Shown: positions 1 through 21,102 of the stretch, in pieces
Layout: each line of letters begins with the position of its first letter
Position numbering within the stretch: the stretch's first letter is position 1
From: Chrysomallon squamiferum
Taxonomy: Eukaryota > Animalia > Mollusca
Direction of reading: 5' to 3'
Length of the DNA stretch: 64,000 nt
NCBI GenBank assembly: GCA_012295275.1
Contig: CM022677.1
Location: 6,324,001-6,388,000, forward strand
Notes under the pieces: model-generated
Told to the model about the DNA's origin: nothing
The model's input: only the letters and a program-made list of their open reading frames with translations
Databases searched by the model: none
Translations under genes and position numbers: made by a program

Positions 1-445
<445 letters not shown>

Positions 446-899
446 GAAATTAGCCAACTAAACTGGTACTATGTTCCTAAAGAACCATCTTGCAGTAAAT
501 AATATTAATATTTCCATTTTGCTGTGGTTTATCGTTAAATACATGAACGTACTTATAGGAACAAAAAGTATAATCCACAGCTAGAGACAAAAGCAAAACT
601 ATGAACACAAAATAATTTGTTTTCTATTTTCTTTTCTAAATAAATAAAGAAATATAAACATTTGCAATATTATTGAAATAAAACACCATTTATTAATAAA
701 TAAATTATATAGTATTGGTAGTAATGTTAATAATAAATATATGAAGTTCATTATCTAATTAATTAATTATTAATATTATTTCCCTATCTAAGAAATTGTT
801 AAGGCATTTAATATTAATAAAGTTTTCAGTATTGCTGTGAGATTTCTCTCTCTTTGTCTGTCTGTCCAACCATGTTTCTCAATTTTATTTCGTTGTGTC

Positions 900-6420
<5,521 letters not shown>

Positions 6421-6538
6421 TTAATAATCAAAATACTTTTCGGTGAATATTACATAAATATTTTATAATCGTAACCACTCAACAAGTAAGGCACCAAATA
6501 ATCCACCAAATAATTTTAAGATAAAGAGGAAGATACAG

Positions 6539-6597
<59 letters not shown>

Positions 6598-6670
6598 CAC
6601 ACACACACAAACATACAAACATACATACACACAAAATTATCTTTTTCAGAAACAGCAGACAATTTTTCAA

Positions 6671-6777
6671 GTACGTCACTTCATAGTTAATGACGTCACT
6701 TTGAAGGTAAACAGGCTACCGCGCGCTCAAGATGAAATGATCTCAATTTTTTAATTCTTAACAAAACAATGACGTCA
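6671..6777. promoter_or_regulatory. Cluster of CRE/ATF sites upstream of the Ig-receptor gene
   Basis: TGACGTCA at 6691 and 6770 and a TACGTCA variant at 6672, within ~110 bp. Function is inferred. Confidence 0.4.
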
Positions 6778-7481
6778 GGCTTCTTGTAATCACTATGCAC
6801 AAGATTGTTATCAATGTATTAGTATCTAAGTGAATTAACTCATTCAGAATTCTGCTTAAATACGTGCGGTGCACATTTTGTTTTCTTTTATTGAATTCAT
6901 CGTAATGGCAGAGCAGCCTAAAAGAAATCGGCAACGTATCAAACTTTCTAAAGTTAAGCTACTGTCACAGACATCACATTAAACATCTACTCCTATAATT
7001 CGTTGTTCTCTTTCTAATGTAACAGGGTTATTAACAAAATACTGTATAGAGACTGTGCTCATGTAATTATGTCACTTCTGATGAAAATCTCAATTACTTT
7101 AATTTGTATACAAGTTTAGAAGAACTGTGTTTATTGTCAACTCTAATCTCAACAGTAAAACAAAGAATTTGACTCAAATAACGGCAGTCCGCTGACTGAC
7201 CGTAGAATTATTTTCATGAGATCATTTGACAAAATGGAGCCACAAAGCAACGATACGTTCAACTTCCAAGTGATATATTTCAAATAACAAGTAAGTAAGT
7301 AAATAAATAAATAAATAAATGAACAAAGAAGGCGACTTACACTTTGCCGTGGGTTAATAGTAAAATACTTATATAATAATATTAACAAAGCTAAGCTATT
7401 TCGTTTATTTTGCTTTAGTTTTTTAATCAAAGTTAAGTATTAATTTATTCTAAGGTAATGCAAACAAAGTCAAGATGACCT

Positions 7482-7544
7482 ATGTTTATTCATTGCTGTG
7501 TAGCTGTTTTACTCGCTGTTATTAGAATGAACTCAAGTGTCAGT
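7482..7544 (+). CDS. Possible signal-peptide exon of the Ig-receptor gene
   Basis: ATG TTT ATT CAT TGC... translates to MFIHCCVAVLLAVIRMNSSVS, which has a hydrophobic core. The splice donor is weak or ambiguous. Confidence 0.3.
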
Positions 7545-7657
7545 GTAACTACTCGTGTGTGCTTCATAATTTTATCTCTCTTCGTACTCGCACAAAAAGA
7601 ACATTTTATTTATCTAGAGATATTATTTTGTAATCAAACTGACTGAATGAATATTAT

Positions 7658-7691
<34 letters not shown>

Positions 7692-7971
7692 GAAGGAAGA
7701 TGAACTAATAACAGAGAAAGTCAAACACGAAATTAAAGAATAAAAAAATAAATCATAGTGTTTTTATTTTACGCTATTTTATAAACGAAGTCAAAAAGAG
7801 ACACCTAGAAGGTTTTCATTAATAATGTGCACTTAGATGAAATAATAATCATATGAATAATTAATAAATGAATGTGTGAATAAAGAATAGCCAAAATGAA
7901 TATGAAGATATTAATACATATTTGAGTAAATTTTGAATAAATAAACTAAATATATTATGTCTCATACACAA

Positions 7972-8084
<113 letters not shown>

Positions 8085-8207
8085 CTATCTCTCTCTCACT
8101 GTTCACTAATGAGAAATGCCTGTCTGACCTGTCATGAACATGGAAAACAATAAAATAAAGCACTTAACAGTCAAGTGCCTTTCTGTGGCTCAGTCAGAGA
8201 GAGAGAG

Positions 8208-8319
<112 letters not shown>

Positions 8320-8359
8320 GTGTTTCTCAAAGAAACCAAAATGAATGTTTCTTGAAGAA

Positions 8360-8480
8360 TTACTGACAATAAACAGAATTATATATGAGGACGAAGGTTA
8401 CTGGTATTGTGGAAGGAAAGATTTGTAGAGTGATTATTTTGAAATAGACATATGTGAAAAGAGTTCAGTAAATGTTGAAG
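8360..8480 (+). CDS. Ig V/I-set domain exon (3' half), with in-frame stop
   Basis: [39 protein letters not shown], containing the F-strand D-x-G-x-[YW]-x-C motif. Phase-1 donor G|GTAAG at 8481. The 5' part abuts a (GA)n tract. Confidence 0.75.
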
Positions 8481-8930
8481 GTAAGCTGAAAATTTAATAA
8501 TAATAACGATGACGATAACGATGTTCATGTTGATGATGAACTAATAGCGAGAAACGAATTAGATTTGCCTCTTTGTTTCTGTGCAGGTAAAATAAAACTA
8601 ATAAAGCAAAAAAAAAAATAAAATTAAATTAAATTAAATTAAATTAAATTAAATTAAATTAAAAAAATAAATAAGTAAACCGGTCAAAGACACAGCAACG
8701 AGTGCATAGTTACTTATTTGTTCATTTATTTTCCAAGAGATGAGAGAGAAATATTTCTGTCTAGGCAGCCATTGTTCCTCGCTGTTTCAACGTTCCTGTG
8801 TTGTCTGGTTTCTGTGGCTCTGATTATTTGTGTTTTGTGTCTTTTGAGAATGCTGTGTTCAATGAACGGTTAAGTAATTTAAAACGCTGTGTGTTGAATG
8901 TTTTTCTAAACATTTTCTTTCTCTTTCCAG

Positions 8931-9260
8931 ACGGACCAGAACAGATTCTGTTGATTGGAAATTATCCTCAGTTTGCAGCTGACGGAAAGAACACACTGAG
9001 ACTCGTTTGTCAGGCAAGCGTCACAAACTGTGTGGTTGTCTTCACGTGGGTTGAGATAAACAGAACAGGAAAAGTGCAGGCTTTAACTCAGCCTGAGAAC
9101 GTCATCACTAAACTGAACGACAACGGCTACACCTACAGTCAGGCGATGACGACCACACCCATGTGGTTTCAAGATGGCAACACAGTCACATGTCTCGCCA
9201 AAAACATCAATGTGTCTGATTCCGTAGCAATAACCAGCAGCATCAAACTGGATTTAATAT
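8931..9260 (+). CDS. Ig-like (C2/CD80-type) domain exon
   Basis: Acceptor TTTCCAG; DGPEQILLIG..TLRLVCQAS..VVFTW..YSQ..WFQDGNTVTCLA..IKLDLI; donor T|GTAAGT. Confidence 0.88.
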
Positions 9261-9301
9261 GTAAGTTTTAGTGAGAAACATAGATATAGACAGATGAACA
9301 G

Positions 9302-9510
<209 letters not shown>

Positions 9511-9560
9511 TTTAATACTTATTCTGAATTGTATGGTTTAAATATTGTGTTTGTTTTCAG

Positions 9561-9883
9561 TTGGGCCAGCGAGTGTTTCTGTTAGTGGAAATCAACTTCA
9601 CTTCCCTGCTGATGGAAATAAACTTTGAAACTGATTTGTAAAACTACTGTTTCTAAAGTTAATGTGACTTTCAAATGGATGAACGAAACAAGTAAAACTG
9701 AAATAACTGACGACGTTGGAAATACAGTTTCTACAGAAGAGAGTGGAGGTCATGTCTATAGTCAATATCTCACTATTAAACCTGTGTGGTATCAAGATGG
9801 TGACGTTATTACATGTCAAGTAAAAAACAAAACATTCTCGGGATTTCAACCAGTGACGTCAAGTATTGAACTTAACTTACTGT
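9561..9883 (+). CDS. Second Ig-like (C2-type) exon, paralogous to 8931-9260; 1-nt frameshift
   Basis: Acceptor TTTTCAG; FGPASVSVSGNQLHFPADGNK/(fs)LKLICKT..VTFKW..YSQYLTIKPVWYQDGDVITCQV..IELNLL; donor T|GTGAGT. Confidence 0.88.
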
Positions 9884-10577
9884 GTGAGTATGATTTGTTT
9901 TGAATTGCGGGTATGTCTGTGTTGCTGTCAGTATTGTATGATTTAGTAAAGAAAGTCTGAAAAAATGCTATCATGATATTCGAGAAAATCGTCAAAAATA
10001 TTCACGTGGTCAGACAAGACAGAGCTGAATGATACTACACGAAGCTGATGTAATTTCTGAATATACTGGCACGTGATAATTATACGATATATGTGAACAA
10101 TTTTTTTTTTTCTTTTTATCAAACCTGGGTGAGGAAAACGAGGATAATGAGAATTGTTTTTTTTTTTATCTCATACCTTTTTCTTAACTCACAATGAAGT
10201 ACTTGTTATCAAAACTACCCTTCATAATTTACAGTTATTTTTCGTTCAATGACATTCTTACATAAACTGCAATTTATCCATACACTTTAAGAAGAAAATA
10301 TTTCAAGTGTGATTTGGAGCGAAAGGACATGTTTTAAAATATATCTTAATAAATTACATTTCATTTAGCAGAATAATGCATGCAGTTCACAGTTTATTTG
10401 ACGTCTATGATTGGTATCACAGAATATCTCTACTTTTCGAATTTTCACAATACTTATAATTATGTGTATGTGTGTGTGTGCGTGTGTGTGTAATTATTTG
10501 TTTATTTTCTTAATGCAACGAATTTATTCAGATATACTTCTTTTTGTATGATCAGATTGACTTTCTTCATTATCCAT

Positions 10578-10659
<82 letters not shown>

Positions 10660-10904
10660 CTGTCTCTCTATCTACCTCTCTCTCTCGCTCTCTCTCTGCC
10701 TTAACTGGAGTTTAAATTCATCATAAAAACACTTGTTCTAAACAGAAGTTATGGTCTGTACTGACAAAGAAATATTTAGCATTAATTAAATATATTATGC
10801 GCCTTGATTTACATGAAAAAGAAAAGAAAGTAGAAGATTTTGTCGATCCTGTCTTCTTCTTCTTTCTTTTTGTTGTTGTTGTTGTTCTTTTTCTTGTTCT
10901 TCTG

Positions 10905-10985
<81 letters not shown>

Positions 10986-11121
10986 ATAAGATATACCTCA
11001 AGAAAAACCAGTAATAAAAGGTTACGACTCGGGCGTCCCAATTCGAGGAGACGTTTTAAAAATGTCGTGTCAAGAGTTATACACTTGCAGTCAATATTCT
11101 ATTAATTCTTACTTTACATAG

Positions 11122-11417
11122 ACGCACCAACAGTACGAATGTCCGCACACTTCTACACAAAGAACAAAAGTCTACAAATAAGATGTGAAGCAGAAGGTCG
11201 CCCTGCAGACTACCACTCCTCTAAATTCACTCACATCTGGAGAGGTGAGAAAATCAGAGAACTAGATGGACAGTTTGTGTGACCAAACAAAATGTCCTGT
11301 CCATCCATCAGTACAGTTACAGAGATTCTGGAACATACGTGTGCGCTGTGACTAACAATGTCATTGGTTTGAACAGAATCACTGAGCAGCTTGGAAAACC
11401 GGCGGTTATTAGTGAAG
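11122..11417 (+). CDS. Ig I-set-like exon; frameshifted
   Basis: YAPTVRM..LQIRCEAEGRPADY..W..(fs ~11280)..VLSIHQYSYRDSGTYVCAVTN; acceptor CATAG, donor G|GTAAGT. Confidence 0.85.
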
Positions 11418-12193
11418 GTAAGTCTCGTGTTCTTTTTGATACATTATTATTTATTTGTGTGTAGTTTATTGTAAGTCCTATGTAATTATATTATTTATGA
11501 AATGATTGTGATGTTTTAACCACACAACTGATTTCAGTTCATGGAAATATACTTGAGTTTTGTGTTAGTGAGCGTGGTAAGTTTGTTTGTTTACGTGCGT
11601 GTGGGAATGGTGATGAACTAACAGTTACAGTGCAGCAAGTATAGTACATTATAGAAAGTTAGTTTGTTTTGTTTGTATGATTGGTGTACTTTTTGTGGGG
11701 TGGATGCTTGTTTATTAGTATTTCTTACTTTAAACTACCGGAGCCTTACACCGAGTGTCCTGGTTGAATTCAAAAGTTTGCTGAGCAGAATGTTAGCAAT
11801 GTTTCAATACAAACTTTGTTTAATTTCAGTACCGCCGTCATCAGTAATCACATCACTTTATTTAAAGAGAATTGCAACCTGAATTTTCTGTTACATCACT
11901 TTCGTATTACCCAAAGAATGACCTTTATACTGAAATACATGAAATCCTGTTTAAGACAACCCAGTCTACATCGATCAAAACATTATTTTCACTTCGCAAT
12001 TAATTGTATCAATTAATTAATTAATTTATTTATTTATGTTCGTATTCTTTTCGTATGTATGTATGGATATATGTACGTGTGTATATGTCTGTCTGTATGT
12101 GTGTATGTACGTATATATGCAGGCATGTATATACGCATGTTTCTTTGTATATTCAGATTACGTATTTAAATTAATGCCTATTTATGTTTCTAG

Positions 12194-12331
12194 AAGAACA
12201 TACCGAGTCTAAATTTGACAAGATGTCTGTCTACATTGTTACTGCAGTATTGGGTGTCATCATCATCATCCTGATCATCGTCGTTGTAGTCTGTGTAATG
12301 AGAAAGAGGAGGAAATCAGAGGATAACGAAA
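12194..12331 (+). CDS. Transmembrane exon with basic stop-transfer sequence
   Basis: EEHTESKFDKMSVYIVTAVLGVIIIILIIVVVVCVMRKRRKSEDNE; acceptor TTTCTAG, donor A|GTAAG. Confidence 0.88.
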
Positions 12332-12486
12332 GTAAGAAACAATGACGATATCTGGTAATGAAAATAATTAGCAATATTTACTTATTTTATAATTCTATTT
12401 AATAATTATTTTTATTATTTTTGCAGTTCTTTCTTATCTTCTATTTTGTCTTCAGTTTTTCAATAACGTTTGTTTTTGTGATACAG

Positions 12487-14207
<1,721 letters not shown>

Positions 14208-15179
14208 TATAAATAAATAAATGAATAAATAAAACAAGAAAGAAACAAAGAAACAAATACACAAACAAAAATAAGACAAGATGGCACAAGAATATATCTT
14301 TTTTCTTCTTCACCCTAAAAGCACTGAAGTCTCAGTACCCTCCTTTGTGATTATTGTGCACAGAAAAGAAAATACGAAACATGATCTGTAATATCCTGAT
14401 TTGAAAACACATGTCTTCAGAACACAACCTGGAAATAGAAATAATACAACATAAACTGAAAATGCGTTACTAATCTAATTCAGTAAATGTTATTATTCTC
14501 AGTCGACAGATTACTTTAATTCCCAGTCTAACACTTAATTATTACATACCAAGTACTGTTAGAAATACAGCTACTTTCTAATATGTTTGTCTACCACGTT
14601 TTGAGAAGAAAAGATTAAATACTATGTCAGTAGCATTAATAACTTGAAAAACATACATAATTGTGCTCTAAGAATTTTAACTTAACACGTTGTTATGTAT
14701 CTCACTCTTCTCTTTTTCTTTTTCTCTTTTGAATTACAGTTTTTCTCTGTAACAAAGGCGTTAACTTTTTAATTTGGAATACATAACAAATTAGTTTTAT
14801 AAAATGACAGTCACAATCTGTAATAATTTTATATTAATTTTATAAAATGACTGTCACAATCTGTAACAATATATTAATTTGATAAAATAACTGTCACAAT
14901 CTGTAATAATATATTAATAAGACACAACAACTGGTTTGTACATGGACTGTGTAAAGTAATACAGTTTACGCCGCCAAATATAAATCTTGTATAAACTTGA
15001 ATACTGAACTGGAGAGTATGGTGCTCAGCACTGTCCGCTGTGGAGTTTTAGCAGAGTAAGTGTTCACATTATGTGCCTAATGAGAATATTCATCCACCAG
15101 CGTCAGTGAAAATTATTATTATTTTTTTTTATTTTTTTTTTTTTTTTTTTTCTGGCTGGCGACATCGAAATAATATCTG

Positions 15180-17329
15180 GAAAAATAAATCTAGTACGAA
15201 ATGGGTACGAGATAGTATGACGTCAAAGTTACAAAGAAGCAATTACTACTCAATAGAAGACATCTATGTATAAACGGTATAAGTTATATGATGTATTTCC
15301 CCAAATTACTTTTAATAATCCATATAGACTTGATTGGATGTTTAAAAGTTTGTAAACACTGATCGGCGTTCGACGTTGCCATTTTGGATTTCGATCGGAA
15401 GTTTCCGTGAGCGCTCGGAAATCGTCTGATCGGGTTTTTGAACTTCAAATTTCAACTATTTTCCGTCCATTTTCTTAACTTTTTATGATTTGTAAATTAG
15501 ATTTGCGCTGATAAAGGTAATATATTACCAAACCATGATCTCTTGCACCTTTCCTAAGTACTTTTTCATTTTAATCAAATTTTTCAAACTGGATAATTTT
15601 TATGCAAATACGTGCATAATAAACTGAAATTATAATTTGTTATAAGATTACTGTATTAACTTTTCCAGTTGGTTTGTTTTGTACCAATAAATCGGTGAAT
15701 TTAAAGAAGATTTTGAAAGGTCTGACTTTAAATTTTATTAATTTTTAAGTTTTATTATTAAATAGCCTTTCAAATATTGCCCTAAATATCTTAACAAATG
15801 TATTGTATATGCGCAAATATACCAAAAATTTCATATAAAAATAATTTGTAAATAAATTCATTGTTTTTAAATGAAGAAATAAATTAACTTGAATAAAAAA
15901 ATTAAATAAAATAAGCATTTTACAATAATTCAATAAATAATAATAACACATTAAATAAACCAAAACAAAAGGAAACTGGTTATTTAGAAGACAAAGAAAA
16001 CGCAAGGAATGTTATTAAGCTGGTGCTGTCTGTTACAAAACATTATACACAGTTAGTTCTTTTAAATTTAATTTACCGTCGCATCGCATATGCGGAGTAA
16101 TCTATTTCAGAAGTTTGTGGTCTACGGGAAATAACTCTATTTAACACGTTGGAAAATATACAAAAAGACTGAGTATGAAGTAAAATATTAAAAAAGAACA
16201 AAATAACAAAAATAAATCACACAGAAATATATTTTTTTTCAATAAATGAAGCGACGAAAGATTATTAGTGACATCATAAGTCTGCTGAATATAGATCATT
16301 CACTCAATTTACTGAATTCACTAAAATGATTTTTTTTAACCTATATATTATTTTCTATTTCTATTTAATATAACTGTTTCTTTATAATAAATATATGCCT
16401 GAAATAATTTTATTTTATTTGATACACTTTTTTTTTTTCTCTTTTTTCAGTATTCTTTCTTAATTATTATTTTATTTATCATTTTAATTAGTATTATTGT
16501 AGTTATTGTTTTGTTTTATTTTTATGTTAATCCGTTATTTCAGATATTATTACTCAAAAAAAAAAAAAAGAAACAATTATCAATAGATAGATAGATATAC
16601 AGACACACACACACATAGAAAAGAAAGAACTGGTTATACGTGTTTTCCCTTGATGATATGTATGTAAGTTATATGTATGTAGTTAAATAATAGACAGATA
16701 GATACACTGAAGATAGCTAGGGATGGATATAGAGATAGATAGACATTTTACATTTCATAGGCAAATGAACTTGTAAGAAAATGTTTGTATATGCGTTATA
16801 ATATAATATCATATTAACCTCGCTTTTAACATCTTTTCTTTTATTGGTCATTTTAATCTCTCTGTCGGTCTGTCTATCCACCTATTTATCTATATGTCTG
16901 TCTGTCTGACTGTCTATGTGTCTGTCTGACTGTCTATATCTCTGTCTGTCTATCTATCCACCTACCTATCTACCTCTCAGACTGTAGAGATAAGTGCAGG
17001 TGTAGCTGTAATTATAACTTCAGTAATTTTGTTATAAACACTGCAGAAAATATTGATAATAAAGCAGCGATGATATTTTATCTCACTGGCAGAGTTTCTG
17101 TGTATTCTGAAAATACTGAAGCATCTTTATTTATTTATTTCTTTATTTATTTATTTATAGTCTTAACTAAGTTAGTTAATTTGTGTTTTACTTTATTTTT
17201 AATAATAAGAATCTGAATTAACGTTTCAAGTATTTATGAAAGATACACTTGTAAATGTCAATAATATGGTGAAGTTAAAACATTTTAATCTAGTCTCTCA
17301 CCTCTAAATTGTAACCCTACTATCTTAAA

Positions 17330-17386
<57 letters not shown>

Positions 17387-17652
17387 TCTGGAAGACATTC
17401 AATTTGTTTCATAGTCATCTTTAAAAGTTGATTTATTATTCAACTTGTTAGGTACGTTATACCAATTAACGAAAAATTAGGTTTTAATTTATTTATTTAT
17501 TTATTATGCAAAATAAAATGATTTAATATTGTTAATTAAGAAATAACACTTGTATTTTTCAATAAACTGTGTTTTCAATACATAATATTATAGCTGCGCC
17601 TCTGTTTACAACATAAAACATGTAACATAAATAGTGATGGCGGTACTGAAGT
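15180..17652 (+). repeat. Segmental duplication copy 1 (copy 2 at ~24240-26860), with a YY1/ETS motif block
   Basis: GATCGGCGTTCGA..GCCAT(T/C)TTGGATTTCGATCGGAAGTTTCCGTG at 15361 and 24450. Near-identical 3' end CGCCTCTGTTTACAACATAAAACATGTAACATAAATAGTGATGGCGGTACTGAAGTT at ~17597 and ~26805. Confidence 0.85.
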
Positions 17653-18385
17653 TGCGTGTAAGTAAGTAAACATTTTCTTTCTTCTTGTAGATGTAGATTT
17701 CTTTCTTCCTACGGATGGGTCACCTCCATGGGTGTCCATGGGCAAAACCGTCTTCCCGTGTGTAGTGGTCCAACAAGCACGGCATGACAGTTGACATGAT
17801 GCGAAAAGCAGCTCAAACCACAAACTGATAAAAAAAAAAACACCCGATGAATATAAAGCTGATAATAATTATTAAAACACTATGTTATTTACGAAACATC
17901 ATAAACGTGAAGAATGTGAACATGGTGATCAGTAAATATAATCATTGAAATTTAGATTAATTTATTACAATAATCGGACATCTCGGTTCTTGGTTTTGTT
18001 TCGGTTTCAATAGCAAGACATATCTTTGCGGTAGACATACCTAAAATAACATGAATTACTTCGAAAAAAAAAAAAATAATTATTGATGACAATAGTTAAA
18101 AAATAAATTATAATAAGATTTAAATCACTGAAGATTTCGTGCTTACAAATTAGAATTTATACTAAGCGTACACTCGATGTTATATGACGTTTATTTTTAT
18201 ATCGATAGGAGTTGAAAATAAAATTAATATTCGGCTAACTTCGTTTTTACGTTCGGGTCTATGACGTCATCAATGCTTTGTTTACATAGATACAGTTGGC
18301 GATATTGAAGATTAGCGCATTCGAGTTAGTTCTGACTTTACTTTCCTTCTTTTTTACTTTATATATTGAATTGCATCTCCAAGTG

Positions 18386-19152
18386 ATGAAGGTTACATTT
18401 GTGTAGGTTTAATTTTTATATTATTAACATATTTAAGTCCAAACTGGACATATTGTTTTATTCACAGTGAGGTTGTGATAGATTATTTTTAGATTAGATA
18501 ATCAACGATAACTGAAAACTGTGTCTATGCATTATTTTCTAACCTCTAATGCTATGATTCCTGCTTCTTATATTGTTAATAAGCCCCTCTGAAAATATGT
18601 TTACATAAAAATTTGTTTACATAAAAATACCAACAACAATCAATTACAGATAGTGTTGCGAATGTTTTTATTTAAAAAGAATATCGCATTATCTGACAAC
18701 TATTATTTTATTAATTATTCACGTCTAAACATATTTAGTGAATGGTTTGTATAAAATATTTGAACAGTTCTGTTATTTTCAGAATCCGTTTCGAAGAGCC
18801 CATGGACGTCGACCCCTTCGACGACAGAGACATTCAACCAATGGAGGTTGACCCCTTCGACGACAGAGACATTCAACCAATGGAGGTTGACCCATTCGAC
18901 GACAGAGACATTCAACCAATGGAGGTTGACCGCTTCGACGACAGAGACATTCAACCAATGGAGGTTGACCCCTTTGACAACAGAGACATTCAACCAATGG
19001 AGGTTGACCCATTCGACGACAGAGACATTCAACCAATGGAGGTTGACCGCTTCGACGACAGAGACATTCAACCAATGGAGGTTGGCCCATTCGACGACAG
19101 AGACGCAAAAGTTGACAAAACGTTTCAAACACGAAACATCATCAACATGTAA
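18386..19152 (+). CDS. Small two-exon gene encoding a 128-aa acidic repeat protein, MKVTFV-IRFEE-(PMEVDPFDDRDIQ)n
   Basis: Exon 1 ATG at 18386 to 18402 (donor GTAGGT, phase 2). Acceptor TTTTCAG at 18782. Exon 2 18783-19152 is in the matching phase. The paralogue at 20412-20428 has the same phase-2 donor (GTGAGT). A CRE (ATGACGTCAT) lies at 18261. Confidence 0.6.
18802..19104 (+). repeat. 39-bp coding minisatellite, 8 units
   Basis: Units start at 18802, 18841, 18880, 18919, 18958, 18997, 19036 and 19075 (last one truncated). Confidence 0.95.
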
Positions 19153-19333
19153 ATCATGCCAGTCATTTATATTTTGATCAGTGTTGGTGACAGCAAATTA
19201 AAGGAGTTTTTGACACGCATTGTTGCAGTTATGAACATATATTTACAAAACAGTAACAATAATTCAGAAATGTTTTAGAATACATACATACATACATACA
19301 TACATACATACATACATTTATGAACATTATACA

Positions 19334-19380
<47 letters not shown>

Positions 19381-20411
19381 GTGTGTGTAACCCATGTACG
19401 ATATATATTTTTACATTTGTAAAGATTAATATTTTTCTAAATTAAAAAGTGGTGTTGTTTTTCTCTTTCATGGAGTCGGGTTGAGCACAGATTTTGTTTT
19501 TAAAATCTACATTATTACATAATTAACTATAGTTTATAAATTTTAATTTGTACTATTTATTTATTATTTTGAAGTGTTCAAACTCATTTCAGAAATGATA
19601 TCAGATTTTATTCATGCTGAGAAGACAGAAATCTCGTGTGGTTAGCCGCTCCGTATATCTTAGCGATCACACCCAGGACCGGTCCCAGGGATTTTACTCT
19701 TTATATTCTAAAGATCTCAACTGTACAAGGTGGCGCCATGACTACATGTGCAGGTACCTCCAGACATTGTTGTTCTGTTATATTAGCACTTCACATAACA
19801 GTCGGTATTGGTATTAATGGTAAATACAAGAGTCTTTTCAATATTCATTTGTTTATTTATTTTTATTATTATTATTATTAAGACAGTTATTTACATTTCA
19901 GCTGAGAAACGCATTTTTAGTTACTCAGAAACTAAAAAATGAAAACATTTCAAAAGATATTTTAAAAATTATTTTGAATTATTTATCAGACGTACTTAGC
20001 CGAATTTAAATATGTAAGTTAAAAGTAATAATTAAGATAGAGGTAAACATTTTTATAAATATACAAACATAACTGAAATGTATTACTTCATATAAAAAAT
20101 ATTATGGGACCTCTTGGATCAAACACTAGTACCTTTGTTTTATATTGGTTTAAATATCAAGAATTATTTCTAAGTCAAATATTTTGGGGTATAGGGATGC
20201 CTAAAATAACTAGAAATCTTACCGAATTTTTAAAAATTATTATTACGACTACGATAACAGAAAAGAAATAAATTATAATAACATTTAAATAATTAAAGAC
20301 TTTCTGCTTACAAATTAAAATGTATCCTTAGCGGATAATTCTATTTTGTATCCTTAAAATAATGTTTGTTTGGTTTTTTCCGCTTTATATACTGAATTTC
20401 ATCTACAAATA

Positions 20412-21054
20412 ATGAGGTCCACATTCATGTGAGTTTAATTTTTATATTATTAACATATTTTAGTTTAAATTGGACGTGGTGTTTTGTTCAAATTAGATTA
20501 TGCTATATTAATGTTAGATCAGATAGTTAATTGAAAACTGTGTTTATTTTGGTTACTTATGTTGGTAACATACTCTTGTCAGAACATTTTTTTCTACAGA
20601 ATCCTAAATAAAATAAGAATTATATAATAAAAATAAAAATAAAAGAAATAAAAAAATGGCGGAAACATAAATGTCATTCTCAGACAACAACTGTTTATCA
20701 TTTCTTCAAGTTTATAAAAAATATTTTAACATTTTTATTTTATTTTTTTCTGAATCCGCGAGGAAGAGCCCATGGACGTGGACCCCTTCGACGACAGAGA
20801 TATTCAACCCATGGATACATCCTGAGTATAAGGTATCGTAATAAAATATGTTTATTTATTATTCTAAAGATCTCAACTATACAAGGTGGCGCCATGACTA
20901 CATGTGCAGGTACCTCCAGACATTGTTGTTCTGTTATTTTAGCAGTTATATAATCTGTTATATTAGCACTTCACATAACAGTCGCTATTGGTATTAATGC
21001 TAAATACAAGAGTCTTTTCAGTACTCATTTATTTATAGTCATTATATATATATA

Positions 21055-21102
<48 letters not shown>

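Noticed and set aside
11830-11960. Possible additional extracellular exon (VPPSSVITSLYLKR..) after a TTTCAG acceptor
   Set aside because: Phase fits, but there are several stops, no recognisable domain motif and no donor. Too decayed to call.
18802-19104. CRISPR-like array (regular, partly palindromic 39-bp units)
   Set aside because: No unique spacers (units are head-to-tail copies), no cas genes, eukaryotic context.
18715-19177. Alternative-frame and minus-strand ORFs across the 39-bp repeat
   Set aside because: They stay open because the unit length is a multiple of three. Only the PMEVD frame has splice-phase and paralogue support.
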